DNA of 64,000 bases from Bacteroidales bacterium (GTDB lineage: Bacteria > Bacteroidota > Bacteroidia > Bacteroidales > Azobacteroidaceae), in NCBI GenBank assembly GCA_031553435.1, contig JAVBLQ010000033.1, positions 846-64,845 on the forward strand. The letters are read 5' to 3'. Shown in pieces: positions 1 through 9,443 of the stretch. The notes under the pieces were generated by a model. It was not told where the DNA came from. It saw only the letters and a list, made by a program, of their open reading frames with translations, and made no database searches. The translations under genes were made by a program, and so were the position numbers. The first letter of the stretch is position 1, and each line of letters begins with the position of its first letter.

Positions 1-46
1 GGGAGAGGCCATTAGGGGGCCACTCTGCGTTGAAACCTTTGAAATA

Positions 47-121
47 ACTGAAAATGGAAAATTGAAAGTTGAAAATGAGGCTTGCGCACGACAAAATCAT
101 TTTCCATTTTCAATTCATTTT
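47..121. repeat. intergenic hairpin element, GAAAATG/GAAAATT word family, loop GCTTGCGCAC
   Basis: Arms about 59-78 and 97-116 are imperfectly complementary (gaattgaaaatggaaaatga type words). The loop holds GCTTGCGCAC at 80-89. The right arm overlaps the GH28 stop codon (115-117, minus strand). Confidence 0.7.
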
Positions 122-1515
122 GCATGTGTCGGAATCTTAGCCTCTTCCCCTAACACCACATTGTTCATCACAATATTGTATGCATTGGTGATGCTTAGTG
201 CATTCTTTACCGTGTCAATTTTCACATTTGAAAAATAAATATCGTGTACAGGCTTTTCCGGAAAACCTTGAACAACAATTCCGGCAGCAGAAGCTTTCCG
301 GCAAGTAAGGCTATCGACATAGATATTGCTGATATCCGTGCTGTGGCCTTGTCCTTCGCCATGATAATAAGATGTGATGAAAAAACAATCTTCCACATCT
401 CCGAATGACACATTATTGACATAAATATCACGGATAAATCCTCCACGGTCAGCATTTGATTTAAGATAAATGCCTCGTTTGCAATATCCCCCAAAACTGC
501 AATTTTCTATAAATACATTACGTACTCCGGCCGACATTTCACTGCCGATAACTACTCCATGCAAACCTTTGAATTTACAATTACGGATGATGATGTTTTC
601 GGAAGGCATAGCCGTTGCACGTCCTTCATCATCCCTGCCTGCTTTGATGGCTACATTATCATCACCATTATCGAAATTCATATCTTCGATCAGCACATTC
701 TTACAATATTCCGGATCGATACCGTCATTATTAATGTTTTTGGCGATAAAATTAACAGCACGAACCGTAGCATTCTCACATTTAAGCAGATGCACACACC
801 AAAAAGGAGAGTTGGTGATTGTTACACCTTGTATCAGAATATTTTTTGTTTCGATCAATTGCAGCAATTGCGGACGGAGATAATCGCCTTTTCCGAATAT
901 ACGATCTTTAATCGGAACGTTTTTATGATTCATTTCGCGCGAACGGGCTTGCGCTTCACTTTGAAGTTCTTTTCCCGTAGCCTCATTGATCATGCGCCAT
1001 TTACTGAAAGTTCCGGAAGCATTTCCATTGATGGTTCCTTCTCCTATAATCGACACATTTTCAAGTCTGTAACCATAAATGAGAGGACTATAATTATAAA
1101 GCATTGTTCCTTCCCAACTGCTGAGCACAGCAGGCAAGTATTGATCCGGATCGGAAGCAAATTTAAGTGTCGCTCCTTTTTGCAGTTCAAGACAAATATT
1201 ACTTGCCAGATGAAGAGGCCCGTCGATAAAATAAATTCCCGGAGGAACAACAATATGCACACCATTCTTTTCTTTTGTCAAAGCAATAGCCTTTTCAAAT
1301 GCCGGTTTACAATTTGTGACCGAATCACCGGTAGCTCCGAGCGTATCGACAGAAACTTTATATTCGGGAATGGCAGGAGCCTTGATATTTTTCAGGATGG
1401 CATCACGCATTTCTTCCCGGGTGAGTTGTTTATCTGCTTTTTCTTCGGTGCATGAAAAGAAAGCAAAACTCAACAGTAATATGGAAAAGAAGATTTTTTT
1501 CATATAATGAAACAT
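115..1515 (-). CDS. glycoside hydrolase family 28 (polygalacturonase-like), probable lipoprotein
   Basis: 466-aa ORF with GH28 signature blocks NNDGIDPE, GDDNVAIKAG, GLHGVVIGSE and RGIYLKS. N-terminal signal ends in FFSC. Alternative start is M5 at 1503. Confidence 0.85.
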   Translation of the reverse strand: MFHYMKKIFFSILLLSFAFFSCTEEKADKQLTREEMRDAILKNIKAPAIPEYKVSVDTLGATGDSVTNCKPAFEKAIALTKEKNGVHIVVPPGIYFIDGPLHLASNICLELQKGATLKFASDPDQYLPAVLSSWEGTMLYNYSPLIYGYRLENVSIIGEGTINGNASGTFSKWRMINEATGKELQSEAQARSREMNHKNVPIKDRIFGKGDYLRPQLLQLIETKNILIQGVTITNSPFWCVHLLKCENATVRAVNFIAKNINNDGIDPEYCKNVLIEDMNFDNGDDNVAIKAGRDDEGRATAMPSENIIIRNCKFKGLHGVVIGSEMSAGVRNVFIENCSFGGYCKRGIYLKSNADRGGFIRDIYVNNVSFGDVEDCFFITSYYHGEGQGHSTDISNIYVDSLTCRKASAAGIVVQGFPEKPVHDIYFSNVKIDTVKNALSITNAYNIVMNNVVLGEEAKIPTHAK

Positions 1516-1589
1516 TTTAGCTTACAACTTGTTTTGAATTCAATGCAAAATTAAGAACAAATATATACATATTCTATATTCAAAAGTAT

Positions 1590-1597
1590 TACATTTG
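1590..1597 (+). promoter_or_regulatory. candidate Bacteroidetes -7 promoter box TACATTTG (TAnnTTTG)
   Basis: Exact match to TAnnTTTG, about 87 nt upstream of the 1684 start. Confidence 0.35.
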
Positions 1598-1618
1598 CAG
1601 TTTAAAAGAATTGATAGT

Positions 1619-1660
1619 GGACAATTGATAACAATTTTGCCGAAAAATTGTCAATTATCC
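1619..1660. repeat. 42-nt imperfect palindrome, GACAATTG word family
   Basis: ggacaattgataacaattttgccgaaaaattgtcaattatcc. Core stem is acaatttt/aaaattgt around loop gccg. Lies in the divergent region between GH28 (-) and mlaE-like (+). Confidence 0.55.
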
Positions 1661-1683
1661 ATTGCTATTGTCAACTGTAGAAA

Positions 1684-2424
1684 ATGAAAGCTTTACATAA
1701 TTTAGGCGAATATGTATTATTAATGTTCAGGACACTAACAATCCCTGAACGATGGAGCATGTTTTTCAGGCAAACCTCCAAAGAAGTGTATAAACTGGGA
1801 GTTGACTCTTTGTGGATTGTCATTTTTATTTCGATATTCATTGGTGCAGTTCTTACCATTCAGGTTTCTCTGAATATACAATCACCTATGATTCCGGCTT
1901 ATACAATTGGTTATATTACCCGTGAAACAATATTACTGGAATTTTCATCATCCATCATGTGTTTGATTCTGGCCGGAAAAGTCGGTTCGAATATTGCTTC
2001 CGAAATAGGATCCATGCGAATAACGGAACAAATAGATGCATTGGAAATTATGGGCGTAAACTCTGCCAATTATCTGATTCTTCCGAAAATCGTAGCCCTG
2101 ATGGCTTTTATCCCCGTACTGGTAGTTTTCAGTATGTTTTTCGGAATCTCAGGAGGATTTTTGATGGCCAAATTTACAGACGTAACCACAGTTGCAGTCT
2201 ATGAATATGGAATTCGTTTCTGGTTTAATGCCTATTACGTCTGGTATTCTATTATTAAAGCAATAGTATTTGCATTCATCATTTCGTCAATTGCCTCTTA
2301 TTTTGGTTACAACGTGAGAGGAGGAGCGCTTGAAGTGGGAAAAGCAAGTACAAATTCTGTTGTTATGAGTAGCGTCATCATATTATTATTTGACTTATTA
2401 CTAACAAATTTAATGCTTGCTTAA
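1684..2424 (+). CDS. mlaE: MlaE-family ABC transporter permease
   Basis: 246-aa multi-pass membrane ORF of typical MlaE/YrbE size and hydrophobicity. Followed 4 nt later by an ABC ATPase. Confidence 0.7.
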   Translation: MKALHNLGEYVLLMFRTLTIPERWSMFFRQTSKEVYKLGVDSLWIVIFISIFIGAVLTIQVSLNIQSPMIPAYTIGYITRETILLEFSSSIMCLILAGKVGSNIASEIGSMRITEQIDALEIMGVNSANYLILPKIVALMAFIPVLVVFSMFFGISGGFLMAKFTDVTTVAVYEYGIRFWFNAYYVWYSIIKAIVFAFIISSIASYFGYNVRGGALEVGKASTNSVVMSSVIILLFDLLLTNLMLA

Positions 2425-2427
2425 GCT

Positions 2428-3201
2428 ATGATAGAAGTAAAACACGTTGTCAAATCATTTGAAGGAAGAATTGTTTTAAAAGATATATCTACCGTTTTTG
2501 AAGAAGGGAAAACTAATCTGATCATTGGTCGAAGCGGTTCGGGAAAAACCGTTCTTATCAAGAATGTCATCGGCTTAATGAAACCCGATTCGGGTGAGAT
2601 TCTTTACTCTGGAAGAGATATTATCCATATGGATGAAAAAGAACTGAAAATGATGCGCCGTGAAATGGGAATGTTGTTTCAAGGTTCAGCTTTGTTCGAC
2701 TCAATGACAGTGATGGAAAATGTAATGTTTCCATTGCAAATGTTTTCCTCCGCAACTAATAAAGAAAAGCAAAAAAGAGCACAGTTTTGCCTCGACAGGG
2801 TTAATCTGAGTGAAGCCGGCCACCTTTATCCCTCCGAAATCAGTGGTGGGATGATGAAAAGAGCCGCCATCGCCCGGGCTATTTCCTTAAATCCCAAATA
2901 TTTATTTTGTGATGAGCCCAACTCCGGCTTAGATCCTAAGACTTCCTTGCTTATCGATGACCTGATTCATGATATTACAAAGGAATATCAAATGACAACA
3001 GTCATCAATACTCACGATATGAATTCAGTAATGGGTATCGGGGAAAATATTGTTTTTACCAATAACGGAGAAAAAGCATGGACCGGCACCAAAGACGATA
3101 TCATGACTTCTACCAACAAAGATCTGAACGACTTTATTTTTGCTTCGGATTTATTCCGTAAAGTCAAAGAGGTTGAGTCATTTAATAATAGTGAAGGATA
3201 A
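2428..3201 (+). CDS. mlaF: ABC transporter ATP-binding protein (MlaF-like)
   Basis: Walker A GRSGSGKT, ABC signature ISGGMMKRAAIARA, Walker B LFCDEP. Confidence 0.8.
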   Translation: MIEVKHVVKSFEGRIVLKDISTVFEEGKTNLIIGRSGSGKTVLIKNVIGLMKPDSGEILYSGRDIIHMDEKELKMMRREMGMLFQGSALFDSMTVMENVMFPLQMFSSATNKEKQKRAQFCLDRVNLSEAGHLYPSEISGGMMKRAAIARAISLNPKYLFCDEPNSGLDPKTSLLIDDLIHDITKEYQMTTVINTHDMNSVMGIGENIVFTNNGEKAWTGTKDDIMTSTNKDLNDFIFASDLFRKVKEVESFNNSEG

Positions 3202-3204
3202 ATA

Positions 3205-3288
3205 ATATGCCAATAAGATAATATGCCGATATGCCAATGAAATTTGGCAAACTGATAAGCATATTATCCTATTGGCACATTGGCATAT
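3205..3288. repeat. intergenic hairpin element, ATATGCCAAT word family
   Basis: Left arm atatgccgatatgccaat (3221-3238) pairs 16/18 with right arm attggcacattggcatat (3271-3288). An extra word copy sits at 3205-3214. The right-arm 18-mer is identical to 37755-37772. Confidence 0.75.
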
Positions 3289-3311
3289 TAATAAATCGGT
3301 ACATTAAATTC

Positions 3312-5747
3312 ATGAAAATAATGAAATTCGGCGGAACATCCGTAGGTTCCGTAAAAAGTATTTTAAGTGTTAAAAAAAATGTTGAATCGGTTGAAGAACC
3401 CGTCATTATTGTAGTTTCTGCCTTGGGTGGAATAACCGATCAATTGATTTACACGTCCAAATTAGCATCACAGGGAGATTATTTATACGAAAAAGAATAT
3501 AATGATATTGTATATCGTCATATCGAGCTGACGGAAGGAGTGATTCCGGATCTGAAGTTACGTAATACTGTTTTAGGGGATATATCCGCATTGCTGGACG
3601 AACTGGGAAATATATTCAAAGGCGTTTTCCTGATTCAGGATTTATCTCCCAAAACTTCGGATATTATTGTTAGTTACGGAGAACGACTTTCCGCTCTGAT
3701 TATCAGCAATGTAATTGAAAATGCAAAACTTTTCGATTCACGAGAATTTATTAAAACAGAAAAACAATTCAACAAACATATCGTTGACTTTTCTATAACC
3801 AACGGATTAATCCGGAAAACATTTTCACCACTACCGCAAATTTCAGTAGTGCCGGGATTCATTGCCAGTCACAAGGAAACCGGAGAAGTAAGTAACCTGG
3901 GAAGAGGAGGTTCCGATTACACAGCGTCCATTATCGCAGCTGCTTTAGAAGCTTCTGTTCTTGAAATATGGACGGATGTTGATGGTTTTATGACTGCAGA
4001 TCCCAAAGTAATCAGTAATACTTATGTGATAGATCGTTTGAGTTACATCGAAGCGATGGAACTTTCCAACTTTGGAGCCAAAGTGATCTATCCTCCCACT
4101 ATTTTTCCGGCATATCATAAAAATATTCCAATCAGGATTAAAAATACATTCAATCCCGAAGGAACCGGAACGCTCATCACAAGAGACAAAGGAGAAGGCG
4201 GCAAGTCTATCAAGGGAATTTCATCCATCAGCAATACTTGCCTGATTACGGTACAAGGGCTTGGAATGGTAGGCGTGATCGGTGTTAATTACCGGATTTT
4301 CCGTATTCTGGCCAAAAATGGGATCAGCGTATTTATGGTTTCCCAGGCTTCATCTGAAAATACAACTTCATTTGCCGTCAGAAATGAAGATTCCGATCTG
4401 GCTGTTAAGGTGTTAAGAGAAGAATTTGCCTTGGAAATGTCTCAAGGCGAAATCAATGATATCAAACCGGAGAAAGATTTGGCAACACTCGCTATTGTGG
4501 GTGAAAATATGAAACGTACACCCGGAATTGCCGGAAAACTTTTCGGTACGCTCGGAAGAAGTGGAATCAATGTAATTGCCTGTGCACAGGGAGCTTCTGA
4601 AACAAATATTTCTTTTGTTATCAAAGCAAAACATTTGCGGAAAGCACTGAATTCAATCCACGATTCTTTTTTCCTTTCAGAATATCAGGTGTTGAATATT
4701 TTCCTGACAGGAATTGGTACTGTCGGTAGTAATCTGTTGGAACAGATCAGGATGCAGCAACCTAAACTCATGCAGCAAAATAGTCTGAAAATCAAAGTGG
4801 TAGGCATTGCAAGTTCTCAAAAAGCTATTTTCGACAGAAATGGCATTGATCTGGAAAACTATCGTCAGATTTTGAAAAACGACGGGCTGGAAAGTTCCCC
4901 TCATTTTCTGAAAGAAGAAATCCTGAAAATGAATATTTTCAATTCCGTATTTGTCGATTGTACGGCAAGTTCTCAGATATCAGCGTTATATCAGGATTTA
5001 TTATCTCAAAATATTTCGGTAGTCACCGCCAATAAAATTGCAGCATCTTCTTCTTACGAAAATTATTTGCATCTGAAAGAAACCGCCCGGAAAACAAGTG
5101 CAAAATTCTTATTTGAAACCAATGTCGGAGCAGGTCTACCCATCATCAACACGATGAATGCCTTGACCAACAGCGGAGATAAGATTTTGAAACTAAAAGC
5201 AGTTCTTTCCGGCACATTGAATTTTATTTTCAATACCATCAGCGCAGATATTCCTTTAAGCAAAGCAATTTTGATGGCCAAAGAAGCAGGTTTTTCAGAA
5301 CCCGATCCGCGGATTGATTTAAGTGGAACAGATGTTGTCCGGAAATTGGTAATTCTTTCCAGAGAAGCCGGATATCGTGTTGAGCAGGAAGATGTTGTTA
5401 AAAATCTTTTTGTTCCCAACCAATACTTTCAAGGTTCTTTAGATGATTTTTGGAAAAAAATTCCGGAATTGGATGCCGAATTTGAAGATAAACGGGAAAA
5501 ACTCGAATTTCAAAACAAGAAATATCGGTTTGTTGCCGAAATGGACAATGGCAAATGCCGGGTAGGTCTGGAAGAAGTTGAACAAGGAAATCCTCTGTAC
5601 GACCTGGAAGGAAGTAACAACATTATCCTGATGACAACCGAAAGATACAATGAATATCCCATGTTGATCAAAGGATATGGAGCCGGTGCAGGAGTCACTG
5701 CCGCCGGAGTGTTTTCGGATATTATCTCGATTGCAAACATCAGATAA
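3312..5747 (+). CDS. thrA: bifunctional aspartokinase / homoserine dehydrogenase
   Basis: MKIMKFGGTSVG aspartokinase N-terminus, ACT-type middle region, homoserine dehydrogenase C-terminal half (GYGAGAGVTAAGVFSDI). The ORF track starts at 3231 inside the hairpin, so I prefer the ATG at 3312 (or 3321). Confidence 0.9.
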   Translation: MKIMKFGGTSVGSVKSILSVKKNVESVEEPVIIVVSALGGITDQLIYTSKLASQGDYLYEKEYNDIVYRHIELTEGVIPDLKLRNTVLGDISALLDELGNIFKGVFLIQDLSPKTSDIIVSYGERLSALIISNVIENAKLFDSREFIKTEKQFNKHIVDFSITNGLIRKTFSPLPQISVVPGFIASHKETGEVSNLGRGGSDYTASIIAAALEASVLEIWTDVDGFMTADPKVISNTYVIDRLSYIEAMELSNFGAKVIYPPTIFPAYHKNIPIRIKNTFNPEGTGTLITRDKGEGGKSIKGISSISNTCLITVQGLGMVGVIGVNYRIFRILAKNGISVFMVSQASSENTTSFAVRNEDSDLAVKVLREEFALEMSQGEINDIKPEKDLATLAIVGENMKRTPGIAGKLFGTLGRSGINVIACAQGASETNISFVIKAKHLRKALNSIHDSFFLSEYQVLNIFLTGIGTVGSNLLEQIRMQQPKLMQQNSLKIKVVGIASSQKAIFDRNGIDLENYRQILKNDGLESSPHFLKEEILKMNIFNSVFVDCTASSQISALYQDLLSQNISVVTANKIAASSSYENYLHLKETARKTSAKFLFETNVGAGLPIINTMNALTNSGDKILKLKAVLSGTLNFIFNTISADIPLSKAILMAKEAGFSEPDPRIDLSGTDVVRKLVILSREAGYRVEQEDVVKNLFVPNQYFQGSLDDFWKKIPELDAEFEDKREKLEFQNKKYRFVAEMDNGKCRVGLEEVEQGNPLYDLEGSNNIILMTTERYNEYPMLIKGYGAGAGVTAAGVFSDIISIANIR

Positions 5748-5794
5748 TAATCAAAAGAAAATTTGTATTAATTTGTATAATTCGCGACAAAAAT

Positions 5795-7000
5795 ATGAAA
5801 TATATAATCATTTTAGGCGATGGAATGGCCGATGAACCAGTCAAAGAGCTCGGCAACAAAACTCCTTTGCAGGTAGCCGATACTCCATACCTGGACGAGT
5901 TGGCCCGCATGGGAAGATCCGGCATGCTCGACACCATTCCCGAAGGATTTCATCCCGGAAGTGAAATCGCTAATCTTTCCGTCTTAGGATACAATGTCGC
6001 TGAAGTTTTCGAAGGGAGAGGATCCCTTGAAGCCGCCAGCATGGGTGTGGAAATTATGTCCGACGAAATGGCCATGCGCTGTAATCTGATCTGCATAGAA
6101 AACGGGAAAATAAAAAATCATTCGGCCGGACACATTTCCAACGGTGAAGCCGCCGAACTGATTCAATATTTAAACGAACATCTGTCCAATGACCGGATTC
6201 AATTTTTTCCCGGTGTGTCATACCGGCATTTATTGAAACTAAAAAACGGTAGTAAACACCTGGAATGTACGCCTCCGCACGATGTGCCGGGAACTGCATT
6301 CACGGATGTTCTGATAAAAGCACAAGATGCTGAAGCTCAAGAAACTGCTGATTTACTAAATCAATTGATTCTCCGTTCGCAGGAATTACTCGAAAATCAT
6401 CCCGTCAACATCAAACGGAAAAAAGAAGGAAAAGATCCGGCCAACAGCATCTGGCCCTGGTCGCCCGGCTATAAGCCTCAAATGAAGACAATGCCGGAAT
6501 TATACCCGATTAAAAACGGTGCGGTCATTTCCGCCGTCGATTTGATCAAAGGTATTGGCGTATATGCCGGACTGGAATCTATTGAGGTAGAAGGAGTTAC
6601 CGGATTATACAACACCAATTACGAAGGAAAAGCGCAGGCTGCTTTGAATGCTTTGAAGACGAAAGACTTCGTTTATCTTCACATAGAAGCCAGCGATGAA
6701 GCCGGACATGAGGGTGATGTTGCCCTCAAAGTCAAGACAATAGAATATTTAGATAAAAGAATCGTCAAAACAATCCTGGAAGAAACTAAAAACTGGGAAG
6801 AACCTGTAACAATAGCGCTTCTCCCTGATCATCCGACTCCTTGCAGCATAAAAACTCATACATCCGATCCGGTTCCGTTTGTTATATACAAACCTGGCCA
6901 ACAACCTGATGATGTGAATGTTTATGATGAATTTGCCGCAAAATCCGGCGGATACGGTTTGTTGAAAGGAGCAGAATTTATTCAGGAATTTTTCAATTAA
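5795..7000 (+). CDS. cofactor-independent phosphoglycerate mutase family protein (ApgM-like)
   Basis: 401 aa. N-terminus MKYIIILGDGMADEP and metal-site block HIEASDEAGHEGD are typical of the archaeal-type iPGM / alkaline-phosphatase superfamily. Sits immediately downstream of thrA. Confidence 0.75.
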   Translation: MKYIIILGDGMADEPVKELGNKTPLQVADTPYLDELARMGRSGMLDTIPEGFHPGSEIANLSVLGYNVAEVFEGRGSLEAASMGVEIMSDEMAMRCNLICIENGKIKNHSAGHISNGEAAELIQYLNEHLSNDRIQFFPGVSYRHLLKLKNGSKHLECTPPHDVPGTAFTDVLIKAQDAEAQETADLLNQLILRSQELLENHPVNIKRKKEGKDPANSIWPWSPGYKPQMKTMPELYPIKNGAVISAVDLIKGIGVYAGLESIEVEGVTGLYNTNYEGKAQAALNALKTKDFVYLHIEASDEAGHEGDVALKVKTIEYLDKRIVKTILEETKNWEEPVTIALLPDHPTPCSIKTHTSDPVPFVIYKPGQQPDDVNVYDEFAAKSGGYGLLKGAEFIQEFFN

Positions 7001-7006
7001 AAAACT

Positions 7007-7447
7007 ATGAACACTTGGTTTGAATGCAAAGTCAGTTATGAAAAAATGATGGAAAATGGGGTTCAGAAAAAAGTAACGGAACCTTATTTAGTGGATGCTC
7101 TTTCGTTTACAGAAGCAGAAGCCCGGATTATTGAAGAAATTAAACCTTATATCAGTGGAGAATTTACCATTGCTGATATAAAAAGAGCGCGATTGGCAGA
7201 GCTTTTTTTCAACGAAGCCGGAGACCGCTATTATAAAATTAAAATATATTTCATCACATTAGACGAAAAAAGTGGCGCTGAGAAAAAAACTGCCGCTCAA
7301 ATGTTAGCACAAGCTTCAGACATCAAAGAAGCGATTGCCGTCCTTGAGAATGCGATGAAAGGTTCGATGGCAGATTATACAATCGCTTCTGTGAGCGAAA
7401 CTCCCATCATGGATGTGTTTCCGTTTGCTCCCAAAAAAGACGAATAA
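7007..7447 (+). CDS. DUF4494-like conserved Bacteroidetes protein
   Basis: 146 aa. N-terminal WFECKVSYEKMMENGVQKKVTEPYLVDALSFTEAEARIIEE matches my recollection of DUF4494 proteins. No function known. Confidence 0.55.
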   Translation: MNTWFECKVSYEKMMENGVQKKVTEPYLVDALSFTEAEARIIEEIKPYISGEFTIADIKRARLAELFFNEAGDRYYKIKIYFITLDEKSGAEKKTAAQMLAQASDIKEAIAVLENAMKGSMADYTIASVSETPIMDVFPFAPKKDE

Positions 7448-7557
7448 GTGATGGATTAAAGTCGCTTCGCTTTTTGTGAACTCATTTCGTTCGTGGTGAA
7501 GCTTCACGGTGAACAAAGTGAACTTCACAGAGAAGTGAAGCGACCTTACCCTTTCAC
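7448..7557. repeat. ~110-bp palindromic repeat, GTGAAG-TCGCTTCGC family, copy 1 of 4
   Basis: gtcgcttcgc...gtgaactc...gtgaagcttcac...gaagtgaagcgac. Outer arms GTCGCTTCGC and GAAGCGAC are complementary. Starts 1 nt after the DUF4494 stop. Confidence 0.8.
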
Positions 7558-7570
7558 AAAAAACATTATC

Positions 7571-8239
7571 ATGAGTATTACTTCAAACTTGCATAAAGAG
7601 TTAGAAAGTCTTCCGGAAGGAGTTAAGCTAGTAGCTGTCTCTAAATTTCATTCCGTTGATGATATTATGGAAGCTTATGTTGCAGGTCAAAGAATATTCG
7701 GAGAAAGCAGAGTTCAGGAATTAATACCCAAACACGAAGCCCTTCCGAAAGATATTGAATGGCATTTTATCGGTCATCTGCAAACCAACAAGGTAAAATA
7801 TATCACTCCATTTATCCATACAATTCATAGTATCGATAGTTTCAAATTATTGGAAGAGGTTGATAAATCAGCCCGGCAAACCGGTAGAATCATCAATATT
7901 CTTTTACAAATACATGTCGCCCAAGAAGAAAATAAATTCGGATTCAGCGAAGAAGAATGCTTGGAAATGCTTTCAAAAGGAGAATGGAAAGCATTAGAAA
8001 ATGTACAAATCTGCGGACTAATGGGAATGGCTTCTTTTACCGAAAATACAGAACAAATCAGGAAAGAATATCAAAGCTTAGCTCTTTTTTTTAGAAAATT
8101 AAAATCAAAACATTTTTCTGATTGTCAATATTTTAAAGAACTTTCTATGGGGATGAGCGATGATTATCCCATAGCCGTTGAAGAAGGAAGTACGATGGTC
8201 CGCATCGGGACAGGAATTTTTGGCACCAGAATTGCGTAA
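7571..8239 (+). CDS. yggS: YggS-family pyridoxal-phosphate homeostasis protein
   Basis: About 222 aa from MSITSNLHKEL. LVAVSKF lysine block and C-terminal MVRIGTGIFG are typical of the YggS/PROSC family. The ORF track start (7493, GTG) lies inside the repeat. The start is inferred from the track frame and is uncertain by about 1 nt. Confidence 0.8.
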   Translation: MSITSNLHKELESLPEGVKLVAVSKFHSVDDIMEAYVAGQRIFGESRVQELIPKHEALPKDIEWHFIGHLQTNKVKYITPFIHTIHSIDSFKLLEEVDKSARQTGRIINILLQIHVAQEENKFGFSEEECLEMLSKGEWKALENVQICGLMGMASFTENTEQIRKEYQSLALFFRKLKSKHFSDCQYFKELSMGMSDDYPIAVEEGSTMVRIGTGIFGTRIA

Positions 8240-8277
8240 TTCTCCCGCTAAAAATTTAACTTTAGGAAATTATTTGG

Positions 8278-8285
8278 TAGATTTG
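8278..8285 (+). promoter_or_regulatory. candidate -7 promoter box TAGATTTG
   Basis: TAnnTTTG match 26 nt upstream of the 8311 start. Confidence 0.35.
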
Positions 8286-8310
8286 CAAACTTGAATAAAA
8301 CTTTTGAGTC

Positions 8311-9285
8311 ATGATTAGCTTACACACAAAATATGCAGGATTGAATCTTAAAAATCCAATCATCGTTGGAAGTTCAGGTCTTACAAACAACGCGAAAAAA
8401 AATAAGGAATTGGAAAAAGCGGGCGCCGGAGCAATCGTTTTGAAATCCTTATTTGAAGAACAAATTGAAATGATGTCCGACAATATGTTGGAAGGTACTG
8501 ATTATCCTGAAGCTGGGGATTATATCCGCAATTACATAAAAAGCGATCAAGTATCTGATTATCTCAATCTGATCAGGGAAACTAAAAAATCGTGTTCGAT
8601 TCCTGTTATTGCCAGCATTAACTGTTACAGGGCCAGCGCCTGGATTGATTTTGCAAAACAAATTGAAACCTCCGGAGCTGACGCCATTGAATTAAATATT
8701 CTGTCTATTTCTACAGACATTCACAGCAATAATCATCTGTTAGACAGTTATATTCAAATTCTTAGCAGAACTAAATCCGTCGTAAAAATACCTGTCATTA
8801 TAAAAATGACAAAAACATTCGAAAATATTCCATATGTAGTCTATCGCTTATTTGAAAACGAAGTCGATGCTATCGTAATGTTCAACAAATTTTATCAACC
8901 GGACATTAACATACATTCTTTGCAGATAGTATCGGGTCATGTATTCAGTTCGTCTGCAGATATCAGTGATACGCTTCGGTGGACAGGTATTGTATCTGGG
9001 CTTGTTCCTCAGGTCGACATTGCATGTTCAACCGGTATTCTTGATTGGGAAGATGGAGTAAAGTGTTTGTTGGCAGGCGCTTCTGCAATTCAATTGGCTA
9101 CTGCGATTTACCAGCATGGCAATCAGATTATTCCTCAAATGATACAAAGTATTGAAGAGTGGATGACAAGTATGAATTATAAAACAATTGCCGATTTTAA
9201 AGGAAAACTCAATTATTCTAATATTTCAAATCCACAAATGTACGAACGGTCACAGTTCATGAAGTATTTTTCAAACAGAGACTAA
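8311..9285 (+). CDS. dihydroorotate dehydrogenase-like protein (class 1 PyrD fold)
   Basis: 324 aa. N-terminus YAGLNLKNPIIVGSSGLT and TIM-barrel flavoenzyme pattern (ELNILS, IIKMT) resemble the PyrD-like family. Confidence 0.65.
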   Translation: MISLHTKYAGLNLKNPIIVGSSGLTNNAKKNKELEKAGAGAIVLKSLFEEQIEMMSDNMLEGTDYPEAGDYIRNYIKSDQVSDYLNLIRETKKSCSIPVIASINCYRASAWIDFAKQIETSGADAIELNILSISTDIHSNNHLLDSYIQILSRTKSVVKIPVIIKMTKTFENIPYVVYRLFENEVDAIVMFNKFYQPDINIHSLQIVSGHVFSSSADISDTLRWTGIVSGLVPQVDIACSTGILDWEDGVKCLLAGASAIQLATAIYQHGNQIIPQMIQSIEEWMTSMNYKTIADFKGKLNYSNISNPQMYERSQFMKYFSNRD

Positions 9286-9321
9286 GGAACTGATTAAATT
9301 TTGTAACAACCTATTTATCTA

Positions 9322-9436
9322 GTGAAAGGTGAAGATCGCTTCGCTCTTTTGTGAACTCGTTTCACTTGTTGAGAAGAGATGATAAATAAAATTCATCTTT
9401 CACAGGAGATCGAAGTGAGCTTCACTTTTCACTTTT
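9322..9436. repeat. ~110-bp palindromic repeat, GTGAAG-TCGCTTCGC family, copy 2 of 4
   Basis: gtgaaaggtgaagatcgcttcgctcttttgtgaactcgtttcac...ctttcacaggagatcgaagtgagcttcacttttcac. Lies between convergent genes, so it may act as a bidirectional terminator. Confidence 0.8.
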
Positions 9437-9443
9437 AATTTTA

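Noticed and set aside
1-46. G-rich start of the window (gggagaggccattagggggcc) as a tRNA or small RNA
   Set aside because: I could draw no cloverleaf or T-loop (GTTCRANYC). It is most likely the 3-prime end of an upstream gene or its UTR, truncated by the window edge.
559-1455. 298-aa ORF on the plus strand
   Set aside because: It lies entirely antisense to the well-supported GH28 gene and has a low-complexity composition with no recognisable motif. It is a shadow ORF.
3231-3311. Possible thr leader peptide or attenuator upstream of thrA
   Set aside because: The 27-codon extension has no run of Thr or Ile codons. It is simply the ORF track reading through the ATATGCCAAT hairpin. A regulatory role for the hairpin itself cannot be excluded.
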